Below, one piece after another: positions 23,977-38,100 of a stretch of DNA of 64,000 nucleotides; the first letter of the stretch is position 1; the number at the start of each line of letters is the position of its first letter. The translations under genes were made by a program, and so were the position numbers. The DNA lies in NCBI GenBank assembly GCA_905178155.1, contig CAJINV010000008.1:4241420-4305419 (forward strand). Direction: 5' to 3'. The notes under the pieces are model-generated. The model was not told the origin of the DNA and ran no database searches. It saw only the letters and a list, made by a program, of their open reading frames with translations. Source of the DNA: Amoebophrya sp. A120. Lineage: Eukaryota > Protista > Dinoflagellata.

Positions 23977-26900
23977 ATGCCGATCAGTCCGAATCTTACC
24001 GAAGTGGATCCTCAGCACGAAACCCGAGATTGTTTGCATGCAAATTTCAGGTACCGTTGCGAAGTGCAACAGGTGAAAGATCGACGAAAAATCGCGACGG
24101 AGGACGAGGGTACAACGAGTCTCGGTGGCACTGACCCTTTCTCTGCGACCGGTGGAGCGGCCGCTGGAGGTCCCGTGAATACACTGGTGCCGCCGCCCGT
24201 GGCTCGCAAGAAGAAGCGGAAAAACAAAAAACCGAAAACGGCAGGCAGTGGCGCAAGTGCTGTCGAGGAGCTTCTAGAAGAGGCTGATAGAGCAGATCTT
24301 GAGGAAGTGGAGACCTCTCCTGTCGCGGCCGGCAAAGCAGAGGGCCGCGATGCCACCAGAGATGAAGGAGGCGACTCTAGTTCTGTTCTTCCAGACAAGA
24401 CCAAGAGCCCCCGGTCGAGGCTGACAATCAGAGAACCGGACGCCGTCGACAGCAGTTGCGACGTCGGGAGTGCGGCGACACGACCCTTGCAAGTGACCAG
24501 GCTCGATGCTGAAGCTGAAGCAGAAAATCTTCAGCGCATAGTACAAGAACAGGCGAAAAATCTCGTTCGTCCCGAGGAAGTAGTTGCAGGTGTGACTGAG
24601 ACGCAAGTGTTGACAGGTCTTGTTCCACTTCCCGCGGCCGGAGCACAAGAAACCTGCGGCGCCAGTTCACGGGGCTCCTTGTTCAGCGACGAACAAACGA
24701 GAAGCACGTCAAAGCAAAATATTCAAGGGGGACCAGAAGAGGACGATGCAGGAGATGAACAACCGCCGCACGAACTAAAACAGATCCGACCCCGAAAACT
24801 TCCCATCGCACTTTCGTCGCCACCACTGTGTCTGGACTCGCCGGCCGTGGTCCTGGAGGCCGCTTTTGAGGGCGATACTGAAGGCGATTCGCGGCGCGCG
24901 CAAGATCGAGAAGAAAAAAAACTCGTCGCGGACTCTACAGCCGAGGGCAAGGAGGAAACGAAGAAAGCCGCCGTCAAGGTGGAAATGCTGCCCGGGAACT
25001 CTGCGGAGTCGAGCGTGGATCCGGCCCCGAAGTCGAATCTGAACAAAAGTGGTTGTGTGAAAATCACTTGTGCAGGACCTATGGCGGACAGGCAAAAGCC
25101 TCAGTTTGTGCAGAAACAAAACGTCGAAGCTAATTGCCCGGAACGACGCGGAACTGAGGCGGAAGGCGAAGGAGGACAAGTCGGAGCGGGTCGGGCGAAG
25201 GACAAGCACTCTGTGGCCACACAATGTGACCACGAGCTTGACGGCCGTTCGGGCGTCGTCGGGTCTTCTGACGTTCTTCTAGGACAAGATTCGGGAGAAC
25301 AACAGGTAGTTCTTTCCAGCACCACGGAGTTGTTACCCGCGAGAAACACGCCTCCCGTCCGTGAAGATTCGCCCGCGATACGGTTGGTGACGCCAGAGGG
25401 CGGTGGACATCAAGATCCTCCTAGTCGATCTACAGGTAGTTCTTCCACAGCAAGTAGAGCCCACGACGTTCTTGAGGATTCTTTACCAAGCGGGCGGGCG
25501 GCGCTCCATATAATTACCGCCAGTACAATCTCCGCGGACGACTCGACGGCCGTCCTCAGTGCAGAGCAGGCGAAGGAAGAATCTCTGAGTACCGGAGACG
25601 CGGGGAGCTCCAGCTGGAGCCCGGAATCGGACGTGAATTCGGAAACTGGAGCAGTTTTGTCGGACAATCCGGCGGAGGCGGAGGTTGTTCAAAGCACGAC
25701 CGCAGTCCTGACAACAACTTCAGTACGACATCGAGGACTACGTGAAGATTCGCAGCGGCAGCCTGCGAAAGATCTTGATCTCGAAGAAAGACCACCACTT
25801 GATGTTCTTCCCTCCACGACAGTACAAGTGCCGGTAGGAACTACTACCGCTAAGGAGGACGCGACGACGAGACATTGCAGAGGGCTGCAGCAGGTCGAGG
25901 AGAAAGCGCTGGCTCTGCATGGAGTGGGCCAGCACCTGTCAGCCCCTGCAAGAGCTGCAGCCCCGGCCAGTAGTACTTCTAGGAACCCTCCGCGTCCTCG
26001 CGCTGGCAGCACTACAAGTTCTCCTACTCTGCTGCAGGAAATGACGGCAGAAGTTGTTCTTGACAGGAGACGTGCAGCTCCATCTGCGCACAAAAATTGT
26101 GCTGAAAAGGAGTTACAACTTGCTCCACCCGACGGGCGTAGCAATTCCTGTGTGGTAGAAGACCTACCCGCCACTGGTTCTTCAGAAGTCCAGCGTTGTT
26201 CGGTTGTGGTCGACGATCGGAATACCACGACCAGCAGAAGGAGCTGCTCATCCGAAACGGCGGATATAGTGATGAAAGGTAGTTGTACCAAAAGAGCAGA
26301 AGTTGCCAGTACTTCTTCGCCGAGGCAAACTCGGACTTTTAACCAGTCCGTGATGAACTCGGATCGTGGGCAGACCTGCACGACTGCAACTTCTGGTGGG
26401 GCTTTAAGTGCAACGCGGAGTGGCGAGTCGCTGCCGTCGCTGCACTATCAAAACATGGTGCGCAGCCGGAGCGGCTTGGACTTCGAAGAGTCTATCGTGT
26501 CTCGGTCCGACGCCGAGGAACTACTGCCGGAGGTCAGCACGACCTCCCACCGGGACGACGCACCTTTTTTGCAGGTACAAGTTTGCTTGTCAAGTGGCGG
26601 GCGCGGGCCTCCTATCGTGCACAAGGAGCAGGTCTCACTTGCGAGCCTTTGCAGAGCCCGCATCGCAGGTGCACGTCGTGTTTGTGATGCCGACACCCAG
26701 ACTGAGCACATTACAAAGGTAGAGGAGGTCCCGGCAGAAAATCGCCCTGGGTGCGGCATTTCATCGACACCTGTTAGCTGTTCCACACCGCATGCACGCC
26801 CCGAAGGTGATTGCGCTTTTGATTTTGTCCCCGAAGCGCTTGCGGGCGCGGCAACATTGAACGCAGACAGGGGGAAGCCCTTCGCGGCAGACGCAGAATT

Positions 26901-29900
26901 AGTGGGTGGGGAGAAATTTGTTTTGCCAACGACCGGAACGACCCAGGGTGTGCTGCAGCAAACCCGGACTTTCGAGATCACCTCGTTGCACACCTGGAAC
27001 TTACTCTTTCAGGCCCCGCAGGTCGCGCAGCGTGGTTGGGAAGGAAAAGGAGGGAAGAAGAATGCGACGAATAATAAATGCAGCAACGGAGGAGCTATCC
27101 CTCGAAAGAACTATTTCACTGTGATGAATGTTGCAAGATCTGCGTCACAAGTCTGTTACATATGACACAGAATATTTGCCATGCGCGCTTCCCAAGGGAA
27201 ATAAGCACGCCGGCAAATCCAATGCTTTGCAGATGTAGTAAAGACAGGATACACTTTGGCGCTCCTTTTTCTCCATCACAAGTTCAGAGTGAAACTGCAG
27301 TTTTTTCTTGCGATAGGAGCAGCAGCTACGTCTTCAAGCACGTCGATCGGTGGTGTGCAGTCCCTGCAGCATCCACCAAAGACGACCAAGAAGTTTCAAA
27401 AGTATCTTCGAGACTATAAGCTGGAATTGAATTCCAGTTCCTGCCCGGCTCTCTCCTCCTCATGTGGTGCTTTCGCAAGAAAAAATGCAGCAATCGCGAT
27501 GAACTGCGGTGGAGCTGCAAAGCGGGATAAAAAGGAAGGCACGAAGATGAAAAAGGGGCCTGCGAACAGTGTGAAAACGGTTTTCAGCCAGAGCCAGGCG
27601 GGCGTGACTGCGTCCACCGTGCTTTCGGAAGCAGAAGGAGAGACCTCCTCGCAGGGGGCCCACCTCCCCGCGGAACGAACCGAGGGTAAAAATGAGCTGA
27701 CTCTCACGATCACCGGCAGCGAGACGGACCTGCGACAATTTGAGCAGAACGTCCTGCAAAACGAGTGCAGATTCGAAACGTTTCGGCTCCGAGGCGGCCA
27801 TCAAAGCGTTCCTCTCTCCCCGAGAAGTAGATCCTCCGAGTTTACAAGCACTCTAAAAATATCAAAATGAAAATAAATTCCTCCCGCTCCTTGCCACATA
27901 ACGAAATCAGTGACGCCGAATTTTCTGCAGCGTATAAAAATCATCTTTATTGTCTTGCAGCCGGGAATCGCAGGTTGCACGCTGGTATCAATCATGGGGA
28001 TTCTTGCGTACGATGTGTGTTATTTCGCATGGCGGGCGGCTGCCATCATGAAAGTCTAACATCAATCAGCCGCGCAATGTATGCGACGGACATCTCTGGC
28101 ATCGCCTTCTTCTTGCAAGACAGAGGCGAAGATTTGTGGTCCCGGATGGGCAGCGCAGATTTCCGCTTCGGGTATGGGGAGGGGGAAATTTTCCCGACCA
28201 TGCACTCCACCTCACGACCAGCAACCGGAGCAAGACCACGAGGGACCAGGAAACAAGCAGAGCGAGCTGCGTCTACAACCCGGTGATGAAGATCCTGATA
28301 CGAGTAGCAACATTGCGGAATATCAAAAAGGAAAAGCCACCCCTTCCCACACAAAAAACAAAGCCTCTGACGCTACGGATGGGATCTGTATTGCTGGATG
28401 GAACTGCAGCCAGATGCTCGGCCTTACCGGGCATAGTGCACCCCTTGGATCCTGCACCCTCCCGGGCACGGTAGCGCAGTTTGTTAAGCATGACAAATCG
28501 CCTCCATAATACGACGCATACATACCCCTGCGCTTGCCTTCTTGCAAGGCAGAAGCGATGCGTGGTTACTTACAAATCTGCGTCGCGAGTTTTCCTGTCA
28601 GGTATGGGATTGGGATTTTTTCTCACAATATGCAAGTCGGGTTTTTTATGTTCCTCTCCGACTCGAAGGCGGACGCGGAAGGTGCCTTGAATACCATATT
28701 GAGGCAGGTTATCAAATGCACGTATGTCTGGGTCTGGAGGGAGAGTGCAAGATTTGCCATGCATCGCACGGACCACGCACATGGTCTGGAATGCTCACAG
28801 ATGAAGAAGCGTCGCAGATCTATTTGCTGGATCGTCCTCATGCCTATCACCACGCGTGAGATTAGTAATCCGCCTGTTTTTGCCCAGCATGAACTGAGCA
28901 ACATTTGGCGTTCATCCAACACAGCTTTTTGTGATGGAGACCTCGCATGATTGACAAGCTGCATCCTTCCAGATCCAGACATATTTGCAGCCGCCATACT
29001 GGTCGCACAAGAAAATCGATCTTGTACTGGCGGCGAACAAGATCAGGATGCACTATTAAGCAAGATGCGCCAGCAGGACGACGTCGATAAAGTAGATAGC
29101 ACTGCAACAGAAAAAGTAGAACGCCCGACGTTAACCAAGAAGTCGTGTGAAGGCCCAGTGCGACATATCCTGTGTAAAAAGTTCCCCACCGCAGAGCTGT
29201 CATGCAAGTCTGCATGCTCGGGATATTTCCTATGCGACTCTCCATGATGAGAGGTATTATCCAGTGCCGTTTGGGAATCTACTATCATGCGATAATCAAG
29301 ATGATAGCGTGGATTTGCGGTGCGTCTGGACTAGCTAGGCTAGACTACTGTTCTACGTCCACATAGCCAAACCTGTCACGCATAAATTCCAAAAATTCTG
29401 GACCCGCCTCACAAAGGTCCCCACTTACCTCTGCAGCGAGGGCATTATTCTTGTTGAGGATAAAACAAGCCGCGACTTCTACTAAGAGCGCGGTCTCCCA
29501 CTTCCAGATTCGGCTTCTGGCCGACCAGAAGGAAATCCTGCTGAGAGGCAGTCGCGAATGCTGCGCAACAGCAACGGATCTGCTTGAGAGGTGCTTTCGC
29601 GAAAACAAGAAAGAGGTGCTGGCGCGCGGAGCCGCTTTTTTTGCAGGGGAGGCTCGGACCCGGGACGCGAAAAAGTTGTCCGAAGAGGTGCGCAAACGTT
29701 CCACGCTCAACGCTAACGCCCCCGCGTTCTATCCCTCCTCCTCGTCGGGACCACGAACTAGTGCAGCTAGAAGCGGTAGTTGCCATCTGTTCCTCCAAAA
29801 TGGTATGATTCAGGATCATTGCAACCACGCGCACCAGCAGGTGGTACCAGAACAGCTCGCGCCGCAGCTCGTAGACGCTCCACGGGAACAGCAGCATGAG

Positions 29901-32900
29901 GCCAACAAATCGATGTTGAGTGGTGTAATCTTCCCTGAAGTAGGAACAACAAACCGGGCGAAAAACACCAACGGTAGTGTGTGGGGCCCTACTCCCGTTT
30001 CCGATAGTTGTTCAGGGTCGGCAAATACTTCTAGATGTGAAGTGTATTCGGACCAGTATCCGCCTCTCGGAAAATCGATGTCGTCGCAGCTGTTGACAAA
30101 TATGATATTCTGTGTGGAAACGCCCCCACCCCAGCGCCACAATTTGGTGGATTTTGCAACACATCAAAGCCAGGAGTTTTGGGAGTCTTCAACACGCATG
30201 AGATTTTTCTGTTTGTAGAGTAGTGCACCTTAGCTAGTGCAGCCGCATCAGGAATTGATCTTCACCTCATCCTGATAATAGCATGACAAATTACATCAAG
30301 CCAAGATGAGAAAATGGTGTGGCCGCGCACGTTAAAACATGGTAGGCATGCGAACTTACATGACAACTACTCTAGGATAGGGACCTTGTTACTCAGGATA
30401 TTATACTTGCACATTTGTTCTTCCGGACGGTGGAGTTGCAACTTCTGGCGCCACGACCGAGCATTTGATGACAATGGTTCAAGAGCGGTGCGGTCCTCCT
30501 TCTGATACTGTGGGTGCCTCGGTGGACGATCATGATGGACTAGTACACGACCACGAAGTAGGACAACTGCAGCGACAGGAGCAAAGACCACGTACTTATA
30601 TTGATTTTGATCTGCCCAGGCCTTACAATGTTGATCTCAAGCCGCGTCAGAGGTACATAAAGAACAGAATCATTTTGGACTTTCTCTAACCAGAAGAGCA
30701 TGAGAAGCATACAGCGCAAAGTATTTCGCCGGATTCTTCTAGTGACTTTTGATGTCACTCCAGAAAGCTCGTGGCACGCGCACTTGTTCATTCTGTAGTG
30801 CACTTTTTCATCTTTTTGCATCAGAGATTCTAATAAAGAAATGTATCTTCCATCGCTCAATATATTGATCTACTAACAGCGGGGATTGTAGCACCTGAGG
30901 GGGTCATACAACAAGACCTCGTCGTCGACGATGACGCGTCGGGTTCAAAATCCTATGCAAAGAAAAAATGTATACAGTTACACATTGCAGTGTACAACTA
31001 GATATAAGCAAGACAGACATCAACCTTGCAAGCCTCGTCTCAACATGAGTACTTTCCTTTGTGAGCGTGTTCGACACACCGTATAGTTTTCTTTGGCATG
31101 CAGGACAGGTTTGTGTTGCTGAAGTTGCAACTACAAGTGTGTAACTGTATATAAACAGTTCTTTCTTGGGATGAAAAATCCGATGCAGCAGGCGTCAATG
31201 AACACTCTCACGAGCCGCGCTGCGTGGTCACGACAAATACCAGTACAAGTACTTCCGACCATAATGGCACGACATATCAGAATCCTGCTGTCTCGCGCCC
31301 ACCAGAAACGGCCGCCCTGTTCCCGGAGGACCAGCATGGAGCTAGTACTATTAGTGCAATACCTCCAATCCTCGCGGAACAAGCGTCTAAAGATGTTGTC
31401 CCGTCAAAGCCATGCCTCGCGGTGGATGACCAAGTGGCCTCCTCCTCCGCACCTGCGACGGCGTGCTCGGCACAGGATCTGCTGTATGAAGCAGCTGGTG
31501 GAACAGGAACGCGTGCAAGCAAGAGTTCTGGTCCTCGCTGCGCCGGACCGTCGGCTGCTCATGGTCAGGATGAAGAGGAAAAAAGCAGGACGTGCCTGGT
31601 GGGCCAGGAGAGTACTACAGTACTCGCCGCAAGGACAAAGGACAGCTCCCACCTCTCCAGCGCAGAGGACGGGGGAGGAGCCACGACGGACACGGCTGCA
31701 CAGATGAATTCTGCTACAGGGCCGCAAAATGATGATACCACTACTAATTCTTGCGATGATGATCAGAATGCTTTGACAAGAACTCATCTAGCGCCATCTG
31801 CTTGTGGTCCACCTGGCACTTCTTGTACTAGCAACAGTGGCGCGCCCGGCGACGAACAAAAGGACGGATCGGTGTTGTCGTGTAGGAAGACTTTTGTGGA
31901 ATTTGTGCCCGCAGCTTCGGCATCTTCAAATGGTACTACGACAGTGACAAATGGCTATAATGATTTCATCTTCCCATGTGATCTTCCAATATCGAACGTT
32001 CGCGGTACTGTCGGTAGCACCGCGAACGTGCTAGTCCAGCAGGGTGTGGCGCAAGTAGACGGGCTCGGACAGGAGCGCGAGCTCTATCACGACTATGGCT
32101 CCATGTTGGTTGCGGGAGATTGCTCACAGCACCAAGGCCCGCTGTATTACAACTACCCTGGTGCAGCTTCTTATGGGAGCGACGGCAACCTCTACCGGCA
32201 TCAGGACACTCGGTATGCTGAGTGAAGAAATGCCCCTGGCCCCTGATAGTCAAGCTGGCAGGTAGCTTTCCACGCAAGCCACGAAGCTTTGGCTCCTGCG
32301 CATGATAACTTAGCTGGTTGTACTTGGGTCTCGACGTCTAGTGTGCTTACGACTAGTTGGCGCAGGCGCATCACATAAAATACATTGACTTCCTTATCCT
32401 ATGTGACTTTCAAGCACGAGAGCTACTATAGATACCAGCTACCAGCTAGCAACAGAAAATGCTTCATCTCATGCTCGTGGGGCTCCTGTGCATGAGACAC
32501 AAGTTGGTTGGGCATGCAGATTTGCGTGGCAAGTAAAGAGATTATCTCGTGCAGGGGACGTTTGTACTCAGGACACTCGGTTGTGCAACTACGAGATGAA
32601 CTACCAGGACGGGGGTCGCGGAGGTTACGGGACCTCTTTCCTTGACAACCAAAACTTCTACACGGATAACAATTTCTCCGCGTCGACATCCTATAGCAGC
32701 AGTGCGGCTTTCACATTCCCGGGGGACGCCGCCAACTACGTGCAGCCTGGCATGCTACAGATGCAACAGAATGACAGCGACAATCATAGTAGTTCTACTG
32801 CTTTTTCATATGTAGTGAGGTCACGAACGTTCTATCCTAGGTGTTTTTTTGACATGCAGTGCGCAAAACGACCGGCAGTTACTAAGCGGGCGGAAGTGTT

Positions 32901-34586
32901 TTTGGATATAAAAAATTTTCAATTATCAAGCTGGCGGGGCTTTGCCATCAAACAAGCCCGAGCCAATTCTATCGATTCCCGCTTGATAAAACGACGCAGG
33001 GGAGCCGGCAAAAGGGGCGCCCTTCTGAGGCGCCCACCGCCTTGGTTTCTGGCGGTTTTGGGCGCCCAAAAAGGAGCGCCCAAAAAGCAGCAGCCCGAAA
33101 AGAACAGCGAATCCGCATGGTATGGGCCTCATTTTGGCCCACATTCGGGCCCCGCAAGAGACGCCACCAAAATCCGCCATTTCAGAGGCGGGCTAAAGGC
33201 CAGAAGATGCGGCATTTTAACAAAAAAACAAAAAAAAACCAAAGTCCGCCAAAAGCAAAAAGCCAGCCTGCATGTTATGGGCCCGATTTGTGGCTCCCAA
33301 GGGGCCGACCCTGGCGGGGGCCCTGGCAGGTCCATAGCATGCGGGAAAGGTTTTTCGATTCGAAAACAAATGAAGGCCAGCTCTGGATCGAGATTTTTAG
33401 CGACCGCCGTGCCGTTGTGCATAACATTACTCACGATGGCATGCTGGGCAGAGAAGTCGCGTCTTTTTTTGGCGTGAAGACAAAAAAACAGCCATGACCT
33501 CACTGCCCCCGCTGCGGCGGCTATTATTGGTCGTGGCATCAATATAATGCTCGCACTCCTGTTCTCTTCGGTCCTGCGACAGACCGTTTTGATTCGTCAG
33601 GCTCCTTCGAGACGGCTGGCACAAGTACTGCGCTTGGCGGCAGATTTGATGTGTTGTATCGTAAGGAAAAATCCCCCCTCCCCATATCGGAAACGAAAGA
33701 CGCGCGAATTTGTAATGCTGTATTTGAAGTACACAAATCAACTTGTATTGCTAGAAGGCCAAGAGACGAAGCTGCGGCCTAAATTGCAGGTAATCTGTCA
33801 TGCTGTTTCCCACTTACAGTTGCCTCCTGTCATCCTGGAGCTGCAAGGCTTTCCCCCGCTAGACAGCACTACAGTCCGCATCTTTTGCCTTCTAGCATCA
33901 CAAAGCTGATTTGTGACCACAAATCTGCATCACAGATTTCCGTTTTGATATGGGGAGGGGGCATTTTTCATTGTAATATGTTGCCGTGTGCGGCCATAAA
34001 CTTCGCTGAAACGCTGGACCCGCACGAAACCAACCTGGTCGCCGCGCATCAAGTGGCGACGTCTAGTGGTTGCCATGTCCACCTCGCCCAACACCGGTGG
34101 AGAGTGACGCTGCGGCCGTTGGCGGGCGACAATCGAGCCTTCAATGCGGTCACGCACGGTCTGCTTTCCATCTACCCGATTTTGCAGAATCTAGAGGACG
34201 GCCTTCGGTACGAGGAGAGGTGCTTCAAAAACGGATTGCTATACCAGCAGCACGGCGGGGGAAGTAGAAGTAGTGCGAGGAGTCGAGAGGTGAATAATAG
34301 ACGGAAGACGAAAGGAGCGGCCGCAGCGGCTAAAGCAGGAGTAGTTGCCCTGCAGCACCAGCAGGTGGGCACTGACTATTGTAAACCGTCTTTTTCGTTT
34401 CAATCGAATGAAAACGACTACGACCCTCTTCGGTTATCCGAGCACTGCACCAGTAGAACCTCCGTGATTTCCTTCTCATTTGATGAGAATAAGCTGCACA
34501 AACACAAACATACGAGAAAAACGCCCTCTGGTAGATGTACGAATGGTCATGCATCAAGTAGAACGCAGTTGAAAAGAAAATTATAA
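23977..34586 (+). CDS. Large hypothetical low-complexity protein (multi-exon, introner-rich)
   Basis: ORFs 23890-27165, 27256-27870, 28951-29247, 29451-30218, 31224-32225 and 33885-34586. In-frame joins checked across the elements at 27096, 28710, 29166 and 33657. May be more than one gene. Confidence 0.6.
27096..27315. mobile_element. Introner family D
   Basis: TATCCCTCGAAAGAACTATTTCAC...TTTTTTCTTGCGATA; TSD GGAGC; inverted relative at 60986. Confidence 0.9.
27860..28200. mobile_element. Degenerate family B introner
   Basis: Left end TATCAAAATGAAAAT, right end TATGGGGAGGGGGAAATTTT. Right boundary approximate. Confidence 0.6.
28710..28998. mobile_element. Introner family C
   Basis: TATCAAATGCACGTATGTCTGGGTCTGG...CCAGATCCAGACATATTTGC..CATA; flanks CAGGT/CTGGT. 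Confidence 0.85.
29166..29462. mobile_element. Introner family A (diverged)
   Basis: TATCCTGTGTAAAAAGTTCCCCAC...GAGGATA; flanks CGACA/AAACA. Confidence 0.8.
30106..30400. mobile_element. Introner family A (diverged)
   Basis: TATTCTGTGTGGAAACGCCCCCAC...ACTCAGGATA; TSD decayed. Confidence 0.65.
32813..33505. mobile_element. Putative non-autonomous TIR element distinct from the introner families
   Basis: TAGTGAGGTCACG / CATGACCTCACTG inverted ends; interior rich in GGCCC/AAAA runs; no clear TSD. Confidence 0.5.
33657..33978. mobile_element. Introner family B
   Basis: TSD TGTTG; reverse complement of the copies at 57268 and 62706. Confidence 0.95.
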
Positions 34587-35150
34587 CTGCAGAGAACAAG
34601 AAATACGCACACGTCGAAGATGATTCTCTGCAGTTTATTAATTTGCATGAAAGAATGCGGAGGAGTGGAAGTTCGAGGTTCGGGACACTCGCATATCGTT
34701 TCCTTTTGGACTATTTCACGGCGCCCTGTGCCCCACTTTTGGAGCCACTGGACCTCGATAAGGCCTTCTTCGGTGTCTCAAGTGGCAGAAGTGCGAATTC
34801 ATCTTGTTGTGCGACGAGAACTACCACGAACCCAAGTGGTAAAAAACCTGCGTCCACGTCTAATATCCTGAGAAAGAAGTGTTTATACATAGAAGATAGA
34901 GTAGTTTTTTTTTACACATTTAAATGTAACAAGAACTTCAGCAACACAAAAAGCTTTCTCTGCTGGACAGAGAAAAAATAAACGTTGCATTTCCATTTTT
35001 GCAGAGATCCTATAGGAAGCAAAGAAAACACGTAGGAAGAAGCCAATAGGCTCCCCAATGTCGTATCCAGCATCTTGACAGATCTTGTCTGTATTGCTCG
35101 GCCTGCAAGAACACAATGCGTGAGTGTAAGTACACTTTTTTCGTTGCATA

Positions 35151-38100
35151 TTGACTTTTACCCGCGGCAAACAAGTTGTAGAAGGCAAAAAACAACCTCA
35201 GCCCTCCGCCTCGACGACCACGGTGCCAAAAAACAATCGCAACCTTTCCTCGATACTGCAATTTCTGTTGCGGAACGCGCACGCAAGGATCAGTCAAGCC
35301 GTAGAGGTCTGCGGTATGGAAAAGCTCATGACACCGGGCGATTCAACATCTTCTGCGTCCGTAGCGGACGATGATGACCAAGTGGTGACTACAGCAGCGA
35401 AAGACATTCCCTCAACGTGCATGAAGGATCCAGCAGCTGCCTCTAGTACATCTGTGACTGCGGCCGTTCCGTCCAAACAAGGAACGGCAAAAATAAATGC
35501 CAGAAACCGCCACAGCGGCTCCAAAGAAGGTTCGGAGTTGTCGGAAAATAAGAAAAAGTGTGAACCGGTGGAGCGGCAGTTGTTGCCTGAAAATAGCGAG
35601 ATGGGTCATCTTCAATATCCCCCGCGTGCTATTTTCTTCGTGCCCCGTGCTGGGGAAGATAGTGGACAAGAGAAATCCCTGGATAGCTCAAGAACCGGCG
35701 CGATCGTCAAGAACGCCTCCGATGTTGTTGAAAACATTGCGTCTCAGCGAATTCTTGAGAAGGCGCACGCCAAGCAGAAGCAGGAGCAGCATGCACAGGA
35801 GGACACCAAAAAAGCACCGAAAGGAAAACTACCTTCGTCTTCAAGTGGCGACGACGATGAATCAAAAGCTGATAAACCAGGCAGCCGGACGACCAATGAA
35901 GCGACTACTGGAGATTTCGAGGAGCAAGAAGAAAACCGAAGCCGCCCCTTGGCAACATCGCCGTTCTCTTCGCAGCGGAAAAGCCGGAAATTAGTACATG
36001 GCAGCAACGCTGGTATGACGATCGTTCCGGAGCATATCTTCTACGAACCCTGCAGCAATGCGTACAAACCGATCTTCTGTGCGGAGCAGGCAGGCACAGC
36101 GGAAAGAACAAGCGGTGCTCTTACGGATGATGTCTTGTTCTCGAGCGGAACTAGGTCAATCGAGAAAGCGAACAAAACGACCTTCCCTGGTGCTAGTGCG
36201 TCGTCCTCCATATTGGATGACCCCCATGAGCTGCAAAATCGACACTGCAATAGTAGTGCCACCACGACCTGCTGTCCACGACCTACGGCAACAGATGATG
36301 AGCCGAATACGCAGACTACCTGTAGGACGTCCCACCTCCACGGAGCCCCAGGCGGGCTATTCTACTCGCTGACGTGTTTGGTGCTGGAAGTGGAGGAAGG
36401 AGTAGCAGAGCATCAAGAAGATATTAACCTGACATCTTCCGTGTCGGCGAAGGACAGAAAGATGGCGAAAAGCACGACCAGTCAGCTTATCTACGCGCAG
36501 CATGCGCAGCAGTGGTTCCGCATTAAGAACGGCACGGAAATCACGCCCAGCACCCTGCAAGAAGCATTGCATCCTGACGAATCGGACGACGAGATTTTTG
36601 TGCGGGAACAAGAAAGCCAGCAGGACTATCAGCAGCAAAGCGAGAGGTGGGTGGTGGAAAACGAGGACTCTTCGATGAATTCCAAAACCGTGCCGGAGGT
36701 CTTCGCAGAGCAGCGATCATCCGCAAATGAAGAGGAGCGGGCGCATAACTCTAGAAGTACTGGTACTGCGACACCTGCGAGGACGATCAGCGTTTTGGCG
36801 AGGGGACAAGGGAAGCAGGGACGAGGTCCAGCGGAGGAAGCACACCTCCACGACGCGCGGTTTGATACTGATCGCCTTGGTGAAAAAAATGAAGCACCAA
36901 GAACCTCCGACACCATCGAGACTGCCAGCGCTAGAAGTTCTCGCCAGGCTAGTGGTAACCCGCGCCTCTCGTTCGAGCAACGCGAAGACCGCCGCAAGGC
37001 CGCGTTGCGCGGCACTCTGCGAGCCCCCGCACAGCAGCGGAATGCTGAAGACATGACGAGCCTTCCGGCGCCAGTTGCGGGTGACGTAGTTGGCAACGAC
37101 CGGTACGAGGTCAAACGAACACAGACGGACGAGCAGCAGGAAAATAATCAAGTCGCGCTTCACGGCGAACAAGCGGCAAAACCGAAATCTCTCGCCCGCG
37201 ATCGCGGATTCTCCCCCAACCTGCGAGGCGCTGTCGCGCCCCAGCCCGAGCGGACGGGGCCCGAAGTTGTCGACAAGAACTTATCAAAATGAAAAATCCC
37301 CCCCCCCCATAGCAAAACGAAACTTCTGATGCTGGATTTGTGTACACAAATCAGGTTTGTATTGCAGGAAGGCATTGCGGCCAGAACCCCGACTAGGTAG
37401 GGGCGTATGGGTCTAGTTGTTCAGCATGGCAAACGGCTCCCCTTTAGGCCCAACAGTGTGGCAAATCAATTCCATAATGGGGCGAAAGCCCCTGCCTTTG
37501 TCTTCTTGCAAGAAAAATATGACTTGCGACCTCAAATCAGTTGGGGGTGAGGGACCCCCGACGTTGGCCTTTGCTTCCTTATCCTTTGCTCGATTACTCT
37601 ATTTGGAGGGGCCGCATCCCCTCTTAGTTAGTTTCTCAACCCGATCCAACGGTAGATTATGTGTGTGCCCGGTATTGGTGTCTGATCTTGTTTTTCATGC
37701 GACGCCAATGCCCCCTTTGTGCCCGGATGGCACGGAGGACACGTTGCATGTTCTGGGACCACGCAAATTCTAGCCTGCGAGGAGGGGGGAGCTAGCAAAA
37801 AAAAAGTTGGCCTACGGATATCATGGGGAACTAAGGCTCAAATCAGCGACACAAATTTTCGAAGTCATACCTTTTCAATATGGGGAGGGGGGATGTTTCC
37901 TTTTGATAGAACTCTGCGGTGGTCTACGACGCACCTGGATCCATTAGCTCCTGGCTCCTCGGCCAGAACGGCACGGAAATCACGCCCAGCACCCTACAAG
38001 AAGCACTGGAACTACTGGAATCTCCTGGCGCCAGCACCGAAGTATGTGCACGGGAAGTGGCGGAGGATGGAGGAGTAGATCAGAAGGAAAAAGACCGCTC

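Noticed and set aside
14667-26993. Numerous long antisense ORFs
   Set aside because: Shadows of GC-rich + strand coding sequence or of repeats.
32488-33477. 329-aa ORF as a real protein
   Set aside because: About two-thirds of it runs through a putative TIR element with low-complexity composition.
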